Shown one piece after another: positions 47,398-57,041 of a stretch of 64,000 nucleotides of DNA (position 1 is its first letter; every line of letters begins with the position of its first letter). The DNA is from Planctomycetota bacterium (lineage in GTDB: Bacteria > Planctomycetota > JAJSAM01 > JAJVHW01): contig CBDFJG010000004.1 of NCBI GenBank assembly GCA_965248445.1, positions 576,001 through 640,000 on the forward strand. The letters run 5' to 3'. Both the position numbers and the translations under genes were made by a program. The notes below the pieces were generated by a model that was not told where the DNA came from, did no database searches, and saw only the letters and a list, made by a program, of their open reading frames with translations.

Positions 47398-49010
47398 GGG
47401 ATTGTCCTCTCGAGGACCACGGTGCCCGTGTCCGGTCCCGTGCACGTGATGCGCACCGTTGCGCCCGTCGGTCCCGACACGACCCACGACAACTCGTTGC
47501 TCGAGCCGCCTCCGGCGATGCGCTCGATTTGCTCGTGCGGATCCCCCGCGAGCAGTGCGCCTCCTGGCGGCACTTCGACGCGGATGTTCAGCGGCCGCCG
47601 CGCGCGCAGTTCCGCGCCACGCTCGGTGTGCGTCGGCAGGCGCCCCGTGTTCGCGAGTCGCGTTCGCACGCGCAGCACCCCCGCCTCGCCGTCCGACTCG
47701 GTGCGTGAGAAGACGACCCGCGGCCGGCCGCGCGCGCACGCGAGGAGGAACTCGCCGGTGCGCACCACCCCGGACTTGGGGAACGACCTGAGCTGCGGCG
47801 CTTTGTCGGCCAGATACGTCCCGGCGGCGACGCCGCCTCCCTGCACGGCGCGCAGTGTCAGCTCCGGCCACTCGGCGTCCTCGTGCGGCCACGCCGGACC
47901 CGGGTCCCCCGCGAGTGAGCGGCCGAGGTAGAGCCGCCCGAACTGGTGCGCGACCGCGGCACCCATGCTCCCCTTGCCCGGAGCGTGCGCCTTGTTGACG
48001 GACTCCTTGTCTTCAGGCTTCCCGTGCAGTTCGCGCAGACCGTCGTACGTCGCCTTGTCCGCGTCGGAGGGCTTGGGCCATGCGTCGCCCGCGCCGGGCG
48101 CGGCGTGAACGGATTCGGCCGAACCGAACTCGTACACCATCGCGATGCGCTGGTCCGCGAGGAGCAGGTCGATCAGCGCGCGGGTCTCCGTCGCCGACGC
48201 CGGCCACATGCCGGCGAGCGGCACATGTTCTTCGAACGAACGGGTGAAGTTGCGCGAGATGTCCACACCGCCGGGGCCGTCCTCGTTCAGGAGGCCGTCT
48301 CCGTCGTCGTCCCGGCCCTCCGGAACCAATCGGTGCGTCGGTGCGATGCCCTCTTCGGGCTTTGCGCGCGCCGCCACGAAGACACCTTCCTGTTCCTCGT
48401 GCGGGCTCACGCGCACGTCACCGCCCGGATCCGGCACGAGCATCCACGAGACCTTCCCGTCGCCGTCGATGTCGTCCGGCCCGTCCTCGTCGACTTCTCC
48501 GTCCCCGTCCTCGTCCACAGGCGTGTCGTTGCCGGCGCGCGGGAAGACTGCCGCCCGTGCGGTGGCGTCCGGACTCTGGTCCGGCACGATCCGGACGGCT
48601 GTTCCCGTGGGCAGACCCTCTTCGTGCTGCGCGAGCCACGCCGCGAGGTTCACCGCGATTCGCGACTCGTACGGATCGCGCAGACCGGACGCATGGGCGA
48701 CAACCAGCGCGACCCACTGCACGTCCCCGCCCTGCCGCGACGACACCGTCAGTGCTTCGAGTGCCCGGCCGCCGGCGCTCTTCCCGATCGTCTCGACGCT
48801 GACGTGCCCGTGCTGCGCCGCCAGCTCCACCGCGGTCAGGGGAAAGAGCTCCGCGATCGGCGTGAACTCGATCTCCGGTTCCTCGGCCATCGGATCCTCG
48901 GCCGTCGGATCCTCAGCTGCCGGGGGCTCCCCGTCCTGCGCCTGCGCGAAGAGGCCCAGGCCGAGAACGAGCAGCAGCCCGGAGACCGTGAACAGAGCGG
49001 CGCTGCGCAT
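47394..49010 (-). CDS. Secreted M14-fold paralog with degenerate zinc ligands
   Basis: IGKSAGGR, DEDGDG/DIDGDG/EDGPGG loops, SRNF and ETRA are present, but no HxxE. Confidence 0.75.
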   Translation of the reverse strand: MRSAALFTVSGLLLVLGLGLFAQAQDGEPPAAEDPTAEDPMAEEPEIEFTPIAELFPLTAVELAAQHGHVSVETIGKSAGGRALEALTVSSRQGGDVQWVALVVAHASGLRDPYESRIAVNLAAWLAQHEEGLPTGTAVRIVPDQSPDATARAAVFPRAGNDTPVDEDGDGEVDEDGPDDIDGDGKVSWMLVPDPGGDVRVSPHEEQEGVFVAARAKPEEGIAPTHRLVPEGRDDDGDGLLNEDGPGGVDISRNFTRSFEEHVPLAGMWPASATETRALIDLLLADQRIAMVYEFGSAESVHAAPGAGDAWPKPSDADKATYDGLRELHGKPEDKESVNKAHAPGKGSMGAAVAHQFGRLYLGRSLAGDPGPAWPHEDAEWPELTLRAVQGGGVAAGTYLADKAPQLRSFPKSGVVRTGEFLLACARGRPRVVFSRTESDGEAGVLRVRTRLANTGRLPTHTERGAELRARRPLNIRVEVPPGGALLAGDPHEQIERIAGGGSSNELSWVVSGPTGATVRITCTGPDTGTVVLERTIP

Positions 49011-49038
49011 CCCGGGGAGGATACGCCCGGGACGAGCG

Positions 49039-50103
49039 CTACTCCACGCTCAGGAGTTCGAGATCGAAAACGAGGTCCGTCTTCTCCGGGATCTGGCTCG
49101 ACATCCGCTCGGCGCCCCGCGCGAGCTGGTGCGGGATCGTCACGGTGACGCGGTCGCCGGCCTGCATCTGGATGACGGTCAGGTCGAGGCCGGGAATCAT
49201 CTGCCCCACGCCGACGATGTAGCGCATGGGCTTGAGAGCCTCTCGCGTGTCCACGACCTTCGTGCCGTCCGGGAGCGTGCCGACGTAGTGCAGCGTGACC
49301 CGCTGACCGCGCTCGGGCTTCGCGCCCTTACCGTGCTTCTGCCAGACGATCTTCGGTTCGATGACGGCCAGCACCTCGATGTCGAACACGAGATCTGCGT
49401 TCGGGGGGATCTTTGGCGGGGATCCGCGCTTGCCGAGCGCCAACGCAGCCGGGACCTTGATTTTCACGCGGTCGCCGACGCGCAGCTTCTTGAGGACCAT
49501 GTCCAGCCCGCTGATTCCGCTCCGTGCTCCGGCCTGCAGCATGACCGGCCCGGCATCCTCCGCGCGCGAGTCGCGCCACACCTCGCCGGTTCCGAGCGAC
49601 GCGGTCACGTGTGCCTCGACGAGGTCTCCGCGTTCGAGCGCCTCGCCGTGACCGTGAGCGAGGTACTCGACGTCCGGCTCCAGGATGTCGAGGAGTTCCA
49701 TGTCGAAGACGAGGTCCGCCTTCGGGGGGATGGCCGGGCCGCGCCCGTCTGCGCCGTACGCGAGCTTCCACGGGATCGTCACCTTCCAGCGGTCGCCCTT
49801 GCGCATCTGTGCGAGCGCCAGATCCCAGCCCTTGATGACCATCCCGGCGCCGACCTCGACGACGAACGGCTCGTCCCGGTCGCGGGAACTGTCGAACTTC
49901 TTCCCGTCGAGAAAGGTGCCCGTGTAGTGGACGAGCGCGACGCGGCCGTTGCCGCAGACCTCGCCCTCCCCGGTGGCCAGCACTTCCTTCTGGATCGTCG
50001 GCTCGGGGACGGCGTCCTGTGCGGAGGCCGGCCCGGAGAGCAGCGAAACGGCGACGAGCGACAGGGCGGCAGCGGCCAGCGCCGCGAGGACGGGGATGCG
50101 CAT
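49039..50103 (-). CDS. Secreted FKBP-type PPIase with three FKBP domains
   Basis: VHYTGTFLDGKKFDSS and three copies of IP..ADL/TDLVFD.E.L. GAGGAG lies upstream. Confidence 0.9.
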   Translation of the reverse strand: MRIPVLAALAAAALSLVAVSLLSGPASAQDAVPEPTIQKEVLATGEGEVCGNGRVALVHYTGTFLDGKKFDSSRDRDEPFVVEVGAGMVIKGWDLALAQMRKGDRWKVTIPWKLAYGADGRGPAIPPKADLVFDMELLDILEPDVEYLAHGHGEALERGDLVEAHVTASLGTGEVWRDSRAEDAGPVMLQAGARSGISGLDMVLKKLRVGDRVKIKVPAALALGKRGSPPKIPPNADLVFDIEVLAVIEPKIVWQKHGKGAKPERGQRVTLHYVGTLPDGTKVVDTREALKPMRYIVGVGQMIPGLDLTVIQMQAGDRVTVTIPHQLARGAERMSSQIPEKTDLVFDLELLSVE

Positions 50104-50178
50104 GTGAACTCCTCGAATGTGCCCGCGCTGCGGGACCACGAGCCTAGCGGTCCCTGCTCAGATCGTCCGGCGGGGCCT

Positions 50179-51528
50179 CTATCTGAGATCGACGCGGACG
50201 AGCTTGACCTTCGATCCTCTTTGGACGCGCAGGAGCATGGTCCCGTCCCGTCTGGCTGAATCCGCGGCGTCCTCGAGCGCGGTCACCGGGTCGTTTCCGG
50301 GCAGCCAGGCGCTCTCGCCCACGCCGAGGACCATGTCGCCCGGCCGCAGCCCGGCGCGCTCCGCGCCGCCGTCGTCGATGACGGTCTGCAGCACGACGAC
50401 ACCCGCATCCCCTGGGACCTGCACGCGCGTGGGCAGGGCGTCGCGCGGCACCATCGCGAGCATCGCCTCGAGCGCACCGATCGACGCGTTCGGGCCCATC
50501 TCCGTGAAGGTCGGGCGCTTGGCGAGATTGGCCAGCTCCCAGATCACCCTGTAAGCGTGCCGCGCCACCGCGGCGACCTTCTCCGCGTCGACCCGCGCCG
50601 CGGTGTCTCCGACCGTGTGGTAGTCGCGATGCAGTCCGCTCGTGTAGTAGAGCGCGGGGATCCCGTTGTCGTAGAAGCTCGCCTGGTCGCTGCGCTTGTA
50701 GACGGAGCCCGTCTTGGCGCGGAACCGGATGCCCGACGAGTGCGCCACGCGGCGGTGCACTGCGTCCAGCTCCGGCGAGGACCCGTTGCCGTACACGTGC
50801 ATCTCGTTGCGATCGTTGCGCCCGACCATGTCCATGTTCACGTTGCAGACGAGATTCGCCAACGGGACGGTCGGATTCGAGACCCAGTGCTTGCTGCCCA
50901 GGAGACCGCGCTCTTCACCGCTGAAGAACACGAACAGGATCGAGCGCTTGGGCCGCGGAGCTGCCTCCGCTGCGAACGCGCGGGCGATGAGCAGGAGCGC
51001 CGCGACGCCGCTCGCGTTGTCGTCTCCGCCGTTGAAGTGCCGTTCACCGTCCAGCGTGCCGACGTGGTCGTAGTGCGCCGAGACGACGAGGCACTCCAAC
51101 TGGAGGGCGGGGTCGCTGCCAGGCAACAGCGCGCACACGTTGAACGTCGCCCGCGTGCCGCCCGTCGGGTTCGCGCTCTCACGCTGCGCGGGGAACGGGA
51201 GCAGGCGCACGCCGAACGTCTGCCTGTAGGTCTCGCGGTCGCCCTCGCTCCCGCCGGCGCCGGTCAGCTTCCAGGCGGCGAGGTGCTTCTCGATGTACTC
51301 GCCCGCTACGTCGCAGCCCCACGTCCCGGATGCGCGGCCCGCACAGTTCGGCCCGGCGAGGTAGTCCACGAACTTCCGCGCGACCGCGCCGTCGAACGAG
51401 CGCATCACGTAGTCCGGCGGCGGGCTCGCCGCGGCCTTGTTCGCGGCCGGGAGCGGGGCCTCCTCCGTCGCCAGTGCCACCGCCGCCAGCGCGGCCAGAA
51501 GTGCGGCAGATGGCGCGATGCGCTTCAC
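50179..51528 (-). CDS. Secreted M28 peptidase with C-terminal PDZ
   Basis: SAHYDHVG, GGDDNASG, GEERGLLGS, NMDMVGR, RSDQ, DYHT and AGLRPGD. Confidence 0.9.
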   Translation of the reverse strand: MKRIAPSAALLAALAAVALATEEAPLPAANKAAASPPPDYVMRSFDGAVARKFVDYLAGPNCAGRASGTWGCDVAGEYIEKHLAAWKLTGAGGSEGDRETYRQTFGVRLLPFPAQRESANPTGGTRATFNVCALLPGSDPALQLECLVVSAHYDHVGTLDGERHFNGGDDNASGVAALLLIARAFAAEAAPRPKRSILFVFFSGEERGLLGSKHWVSNPTVPLANLVCNVNMDMVGRNDRNEMHVYGNGSSPELDAVHRRVAHSSGIRFRAKTGSVYKRSDQASFYDNGIPALYYTSGLHRDYHTVGDTAARVDAEKVAAVARHAYRVIWELANLAKRPTFTEMGPNASIGALEAMLAMVPRDALPTRVQVPGDAGVVVLQTVIDDGGAERAGLRPGDMVLGVGESAWLPGNDPVTALEDAADSARRDGTMLLRVQRGSKVKLVRVDLR

Positions 51529-52214
51529 AGGACCGGCAGCCGTTCGTTGAGCCACTCGCCGACGAGGCGAATCTCGGGAGGACAGACCTGGTGCTGCATC
51601 GGGTACGTCTCGTACTGGACGTCGTACCCGGACGCAACGAGTGCGTCCCGCGCCTCGCGGCCCATGTGCTCCTGCACCATGGGGTCGAGCGTCCCGTGGC
51701 ATTGCAGGATCGGGACATCGGCGTTCGCCGCTGACCGTTCCTCCGGCAGCGACTCGGGCAGCAGGAGATATGCGGACAGCACGAGCAGGCCCGCGAGGCG
51801 CTCGGCATGGCGGAGCCCGTGGAACAGCGCGATCGCCCCGCCCTGGCTGAACCCCGCGAGGACGATCCTCCCGGCCGGCACCCCGCGCTCGTGTTCTCTC
51901 TCGATCAGTGTCGCGACGTGTTGCGCGGACCGCCGGAGGCCCTCTTCGTCATCGTTGCGCCTGCCCATCTCGACGATGTCGTACCAAGCCGGCATGACCA
52001 TGCCCCCGTTGACGGTCACGGCGATGGGGGGGGCGTGCGGGAAGACGAAGCGGACGCGGTGGTCCGGGGGCAGCCCGAGCTCCGGCACGATCGGCTCGAA
52101 GTCGTGCCCGCTGGCCCCGAGGCCGTGCAACCAGATCACCGCCGCGTCGGCCGGCCGGTGCGGCGGCTCGATCTCGACACAGTCCAGGACCCGGGCGGCG
52201 TGGTCGTCGGCCAT
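51525..52214 (-). CDS. Carboxylesterase/phospholipase (acyl-protein thioesterase-like)
   Basis: WLHGLGA, MPAWYDI, GFSQGG, HGTLDPMV and YPMQH. Confidence 0.9.
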   Translation of the reverse strand: MADDHAARVLDCVEIEPPHRPADAAVIWLHGLGASGHDFEPIVPELGLPPDHRVRFVFPHAPPIAVTVNGGMVMPAWYDIVEMGRRNDDEEGLRRSAQHVATLIEREHERGVPAGRIVLAGFSQGGAIALFHGLRHAERLAGLLVLSAYLLLPESLPEERSAANADVPILQCHGTLDPMVQEHMGREARDALVASGYDVQYETYPMQHQVCPPEIRLVGEWLNERLPVL

Positions 52215-52499
52215 GCGCCGCAGTCTGACCCGCGCCTGGCCCCGAGCCCAGGCAACTCCGGCTGCCGTCGTCGCGCCGCCGCCGGCGGCCGCCTTCTCAC
52301 CCAGGGCGAGCGCAGAGATGTCCCACATCCCTGACAGGTCATCGTCGGGGCGTTCCGTGACCGGCCTCACACCGTTCCGGTGGTCCAACCCCGAACACCC
52401 GCCGGACGATGAGTTTCCCGTGAAGACGGTCTCAGGCCGAACCTAGGATGCGGCCCGCGGACGGGACCGCGCAGCGCGCACGCCGACGGCGACGGGGGC

Positions 52500-52803
52500 G
52501 CAGATGGTTGGCCAGAGCCGAGTCGTCGTTCGCGATCAGTCGCTCGAGCCGTCCGCGCAGCACAGCGGCTTCGCCTTGCAGCCGGTCACGGTCGCCGTGC
52601 TCACCGAAGAGCCGGTAGCTGCGCATGACCGACTGCGCGATCATGACGCCCTTGTTGCCGAAGCGGCGATGTCCTCGCGGGCCTTCGGCCAGCGCACGGA
52701 AGGCGCGCTCGATGTGCGCCCAGCAGAGCTGGCGGCGGGCAAGTGGGTGTGACTCGTAGGCACCCATCCGGTCGCTGATCACCGTGCCACCGAAGCGCCG
52801 CCC
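52500..52803 (-). pseudogene. Internal fragment of an IS66-family transposase
   Basis: FGGTVISDRMGAY...RQLCWAHIERAF. Truncated at both ends, left boundary approximate. Confidence 0.8.
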
Positions 52804-52872
52804 TCTGTGCCAACGTGGCTGAGACACCGACCCCACGGATGATTACTGTGCAGGGCGGTGGAGGAACCAGCG

Positions 52873-53376
52873 ATGACGAACAACCACAACACAGCGCCGG
52901 GGGAGATCCCGGAGCCGAGGGAGGGCGAGCATAGCGAGCGCGATCGAGGCGGAGGGGGCTCCCCCGGGGCGCGCGGCCCGGGGGACGTTGGGGTGCGCGA
53001 CCCCGAGGTCGTGCCGCGCGCCTCGCGGCGGCGCTTTGGCGCCGCGTACAAGCTACGGATCATCGAGGCGGCGGACGCGTGCACGAAGCCCGGCGAGATC
53101 GGCGCTCTCTTGCGCCGTGAGGGGCTGTACTCCTCGCACTTGTTGACGTGGCGGCGCGCGCGGGACCAGGGCCAGCTCGAGGCGCTCTCGCCCAAGCGGC
53201 GTGGTCCCAAGCCCGATCCGGACCGTGCGCTCAAGAAGCGCAACGAGCAGCTCGAGCGCGAAGTCGCCCGTCTCGAGAAGCGGCTCGAGACGGCCGAGGT
53301 GATCATCGACGTGCAGCGAAAAGTCTCACGGCTGCTGGGCATCGAGATGCCCGAGACGAGCGGGAGCGACACGTGA
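52873..53376 (+). CDS. IS3-family OrfA
   Basis: RRRFGAAYKLRI, GALLRREGLYSSHL..WR, and a coiled-coil tail. Confidence 0.88.
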   Translation: MTNNHNTAPGEIPEPREGEHSERDRGGGGSPGARGPGDVGVRDPEVVPRASRRRFGAAYKLRIIEAADACTKPGEIGALLRREGLYSSHLLTWRRARDQGQLEALSPKRRGPKPDPDRALKKRNEQLEREVARLEKRLETAEVIIDVQRKVSRLLGIEMPETSGSDT

Positions 53377-54401
53377 TTGCGGCGGAGGAGCTGGGGGGAC
53401 GCGTGGGCGTCGCCCCCGCGTGCCGCGCGCTCGGAGTCACGCGCGCCACGCTCTATCGGCGCCGAACGGCACGCACGTGCCCCCGGCCCCAGCAGCCGCG
53501 CCGGCGCTCGCCGCGCGCCCTCACGATCGACGAGCGTCTTACCGTACTCGCGGTGCTGAGCGAGGAGCGCTTCTGCGATCTGTCACCGCTTGCGGCGTGG
53601 GCGATCCTGCTCGACGAGGGACGCTACCTGTGCTCGGTGCGCACGATGTACCGCATCCTCGGTGCGGCTGGTGCTGTGCGTGAGCGCCGCAACCAGCTGC
53701 GTCATCCCGCGTACAAGAAGCCCGAGCTCCTCGCGACCTCCCCGAACCAGGTCTGGAGCTGGGACATCACCAAGCTCCGCGGCCCGGTGAAGTGGAGCTA
53801 CTTCTATCTCTACGTCGTGCTCGACATCTACTCCCGCAACGTCGTGGGCTGGATGCTGGCGGACTGCGAGAGCGGTGCGCTGGCGACGGCACTCATCGAG
53901 CAGTCCTGCGAGAAGCAGGGGATCGCGGCGGAGCAGCTCACGATCCACTCCGATCGGGGGCCGCCGATGATCAGCAAGCCGGTGGCCTTTCTGCTCGCCG
54001 ATCTCGGCGTGACGAAGTCGCACAGCCGGCCGTACACGTCGAATGACAATCCGTTTTCCGAGAGCCAATTCCGCACGCTGAAGTACCGGCCGGACTTCCC
54101 AGCGCGCTTCGGCTGCATCGAGGACGCGCGGGCGCACTGCCGCGCCTTTTTCCACTGGTACAACCGCGAGCATCGTCACTCGAGTCTCGGGCTGCTGACG
54201 CCCGAGACCGTGCACTACGGCCGCGCCGAAGCGGCCGTCGCCGCGCGCTCGGTCGTGCTCGATGCCGCGTACGCGGCGCATCCCGAGCGCTTCGTGCGCC
54301 GTGCGCCGACGCCGCCGGCTCTGCCGACCGAGACGTGGATCAACCCGCCGGCCCGGGAACTCGCGGCGCTGGAGACTGCGACACAGGAGGCTGCTCACTA
54401 A
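53373..54401 (+). CDS. IS3-family OrfB DDE transposase
   Basis: PNQVWSWDITKL, LDIYSR, IHSDRG, SNDNPFSES and YN..H.HS. In the -1 frame relative to orfA, with a GTGA overlap. Confidence 0.92.
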   Translation: MIAAEELGGRVGVAPACRALGVTRATLYRRRTARTCPRPQQPRRRSPRALTIDERLTVLAVLSEERFCDLSPLAAWAILLDEGRYLCSVRTMYRILGAAGAVRERRNQLRHPAYKKPELLATSPNQVWSWDITKLRGPVKWSYFYLYVVLDIYSRNVVGWMLADCESGALATALIEQSCEKQGIAAEQLTIHSDRGPPMISKPVAFLLADLGVTKSHSRPYTSNDNPFSESQFRTLKYRPDFPARFGCIEDARAHCRAFFHWYNREHRHSSLGLLTPETVHYGRAEAAVAARSVVLDAAYAAHPERFVRRAPTPPALPTETWINPPARELAALETATQEAAH

Positions 54402-54622
54402 ACTCGAAGACGCGGTGTCTCAAAGTCGTTGACACGTCCCGTCCGCTAACCCACTCCTCACGCGGAAGGTCGCCTGCGTGAAGCGGATCTTCGCGGAGGT
54501 CGGTGTACTGGTCCGCGATCGGGCAAGTTGGGACAGACCTGACGAAGAGTGAGGCCGGTCCCCGCGCAGCGTTACCGATCGGGCCAACAGCGCGAGAGTC
54601 CCCTGAGCCTGGGTGACTACTG

Positions 54623-54649
54623 GTACCCCCCTGTTAGGAGCGGGGGTAC
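54623..54649 (-). other. Putative Rep_trans/MOBT nick-site (dso/oriT) hairpin
   Basis: Minus strand GTACCCCC-GCTCCTAACAG-GGGGGTAC, an 8-bp stem with CTAAC in the loop. It reads TPAPNRGV in frame. Confidence 0.7.
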
Positions 54650-54690
54650 GCGACCCGCGCGGCCACCGCCTCGGCCAATACACTGGCTCG

Positions 54691-56070
54691 GTGCGCCGCC
54701 GCAACGCCGTCCTCCTCGTGATCGCGACCGCCGTGGTCGGCACATCGGCCTGGCTCGCGCTGCGACCGAGTCCCGAGGACCTCATGGCCGACTTCGTCGC
54801 CGAACTGCGTGCGCGCGGGGAGCCCGTCACCATCGCGGACATGGAACTGCCGTTACCTCCTGACGCGGAGAACGGAGCCGATGATCTCGCCGCTGCGTTC
54901 CGTTGGGTCGAAACTCGCCTGGCCCAGGAGGACCGCGAACTCGAGAGCACCGACCGCGTCTACTGGTGGTGGCACTACGCCGGGCCGTGGGATCACGACG
55001 CCGACGATCCTTGGCACGAGCACGCGACGCCCGAGAAGCTCGACGAGCTACGCGAGTTCCTCGCCACGATGGGGCCGCTCTACGAGGGTCTGGCTGCCGC
55101 AGCGGGCAATCCGGAGATCGTCTGGCCTCTCCCGGTGGAAGCGGCCAGCCCTTCCCTATTCGGTCCGAAGGCCACCGACACGCTCGACACCTGGCGTGAC
55201 GTGCGCCGGTTGCTGGAGGCCCGCGCCGTCGTGGCCACCGACCCCGGCGAACGACTGGACGCGGTTGTCTGGCTGGTCGCACTCGTTCGGAGCGTGCGCC
55301 TTCGAACGCACGCTGACTTCCTCTTCGCAACCGTCTTTCGACGCCAGAGTTGCGTTGCTCTTCGCGACGGAGTGGAGGCTGGGCGGCTCGATCCGGCCGA
55401 GCTCCGCGCCCGAGTCGACGACCTCCTTCGCGAAGGCCTCGTCGCGACGATGCCGCGCGCTCTACGCGCTGAGCGAGTGCTCTGGATCGAGCAGTTCCCC
55501 GCGCTGCTGGATGGCTCGCTCCAAGCGCAGTTGCGCGAGTTAACGCGGTCGCTCGACAGGGGTTTCAACGAGCGACCGCCGCCGCGCGCCTGGGAACCGA
55601 TCACCGACGCTGCCTACGAGACGCTCGCCGGCGTGCGGTTCGACGGGCCCGAGTACGTCGCAGCGCTGCGCACAATCGATGCTCTGATCCCGCACGAGGG
55701 TGCCTGGAGCCGCGCGGATGAGGCCGCGTTCGCTGCGTTCGAGTCGCAGCCGGGCTACTTCCAGGGACACGGGACTCCCGAACGCGCCGACCGAATGCGG
55801 TCTGTGGACGCTGCCGAGGCCCTCGCTCGGATTGCGCTGGCCGCATGCGAGCACCGGGCCAACCACGGTGATTGGCCGCGGTCCACTGCGGACCTGTCGC
55901 CGCTGTTCGCCGACGGCGTCCCGGTCAATCCGTACACGGACGCCCCGTTCGTCATGAAGCGTGACGGTGCCGCGCTTGTGCTGCGAGCAACGCGTGGTCA
56001 AGCCCCCGCGCTGCCTGCCGACGAGAGTCTGCGAGACGCTGGCCTCGAATGGCGTCTGACGCCCCGCTGA
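54691..56070 (+). CDS. Hypothetical membrane-anchored protein with pseudopilin-like C-terminus
   Basis: N-terminal TM, LRARGEP, and C-terminal IALAACEHR..HG.WP....L.P....VPVNPYT..PF. Confidence 0.7.
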   Translation: MRRRNAVLLVIATAVVGTSAWLALRPSPEDLMADFVAELRARGEPVTIADMELPLPPDAENGADDLAAAFRWVETRLAQEDRELESTDRVYWWWHYAGPWDHDADDPWHEHATPEKLDELREFLATMGPLYEGLAAAAGNPEIVWPLPVEAASPSLFGPKATDTLDTWRDVRRLLEARAVVATDPGERLDAVVWLVALVRSVRLRTHADFLFATVFRRQSCVALRDGVEAGRLDPAELRARVDDLLREGLVATMPRALRAERVLWIEQFPALLDGSLQAQLRELTRSLDRGFNERPPPRAWEPITDAAYETLAGVRFDGPEYVAALRTIDALIPHEGAWSRADEAAFAAFESQPGYFQGHGTPERADRMRSVDAAEALARIALAACEHRANHGDWPRSTADLSPLFADGVPVNPYTDAPFVMKRDGAALVLRATRGQAPALPADESLRDAGLEWRLTPR

Positions 56071-56086
56071 GCCGCTCTCACTTGCG

Positions 56087-56401
56087 CTAGTTCAGCGTCG
56101 CTTCCCACAGCCCCTCTCGCGCCTCCTCCGTGTTCTCTCGGTAGAGCGCGTACCTCGCCGAGCGAGTCTCTCGCCCGGACTCGATCAGCTTGCGTACGAA
56201 CTCCCTCCCGCCCACTTCGTCCGCGACGGAGAGCGCAGCAGCCACCTGCGAGAAGAGCCACCGTCCAGTCTCGTACGCTCGCTGACGGACCGACCGCTCG
56301 TCGATCTCCGCCGCCAAGATCGACTCGTCGCACTCGCCCAGGAACGCCGCCCACGCCGGATGCGGATCCGCGCGGCTCTGGTTCTTGTGGGCGCGGTCCA
56401 C
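56087..56401 (-). pseudogene. C-terminal fragment of a Rep_trans/MOBT-like replication initiator or relaxase
   Basis: VD....QSR....PAWAAFLG followed by RWLFSQVAAALS....GREFVRKLIESG, resembling NicK/Rep_trans tails. No catalytic core upstream. Confidence 0.6.
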
Positions 56402-56404
56402 CGG

Positions 56405-56891
56405 GCTCGCCGTGATCGTCCCCCTCGACCCGCTCAGATCGGGTTGCTACGCGCTCCAGGAATGCGTACGCCTCGTCGTCGTCAGGGAACTCGCCATGCG
56501 CCGCGAGCGCAACGGCGCCAACGAGACGCGGGCGCGGTTCCTCCATCGCGAACAACTCCACCGCCAGAGCCCTCGCGCGTTCGGTGTCGATGGCCGACAG
56601 TGCCGCGGCAAGCCACGCCGAATTGCGGTTGTCCAACTCCGCGAATCCCGACGACCACTTGCGGAGTGGCGCCAACGCCGCGTCTCCGAACTCCACGACC
56701 GCAGGAACCGCACGCATGCCGAATTCCCGATCTCTGATCAGTATCTGAGCTGCTGCGTCTGGCGATCGCCACTGACCCTCGAACGGCAGCAGAGACCTCG
56801 CTGAGCGCTGCAGCGGCGGTACCGCGACGACGAGCAAGGCGAGCGCTGCGACGGCGATGACAACGCGACTCAACACCGTGCGCGGCTGCAT
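56405..56891 (-). pseudogene. 5' part of a membrane-anchored HEAT-like protein, fused out of frame to the Rep fragment
   Basis: TM leader and helical repeats (PRLVGAVALAAHG). Composition becomes non-coding-like after about EGDDH. Confidence 0.5.
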
Positions 56892-57041
56892 ACCCGAGAC
56901 CCTCGTCCGTGTACATCAGCGGGCGCCTCGTCGATGCGCACCCGTTCTCAATCGCCCTTCGCCTCGCGCCGGTCCAGATGCATGTTCAGCACGATGGCGC
57001 CGACAACGAGCGGGGGCAGCAGCCACATCGCGAACCAACCA

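Larger units (their letters stand above)
52808..54434 (+). mobile_element. IS3-family insertion sequence
   Basis: TG...CA ends with inverted repeats TGCCAACGTGGCTGAGACACCG / TGTCAACGACTTTGAGACACCG. No target duplication seen. Confidence 0.85.

Noticed and set aside
54441..54640. Integron attC sites (GCTAAC, GCCAAC...GTTAGG)
   Set aside because: No proper L boxes or GTTRRRY and no integrase. The GTTAG is better explained as the nick-site hairpin loop.
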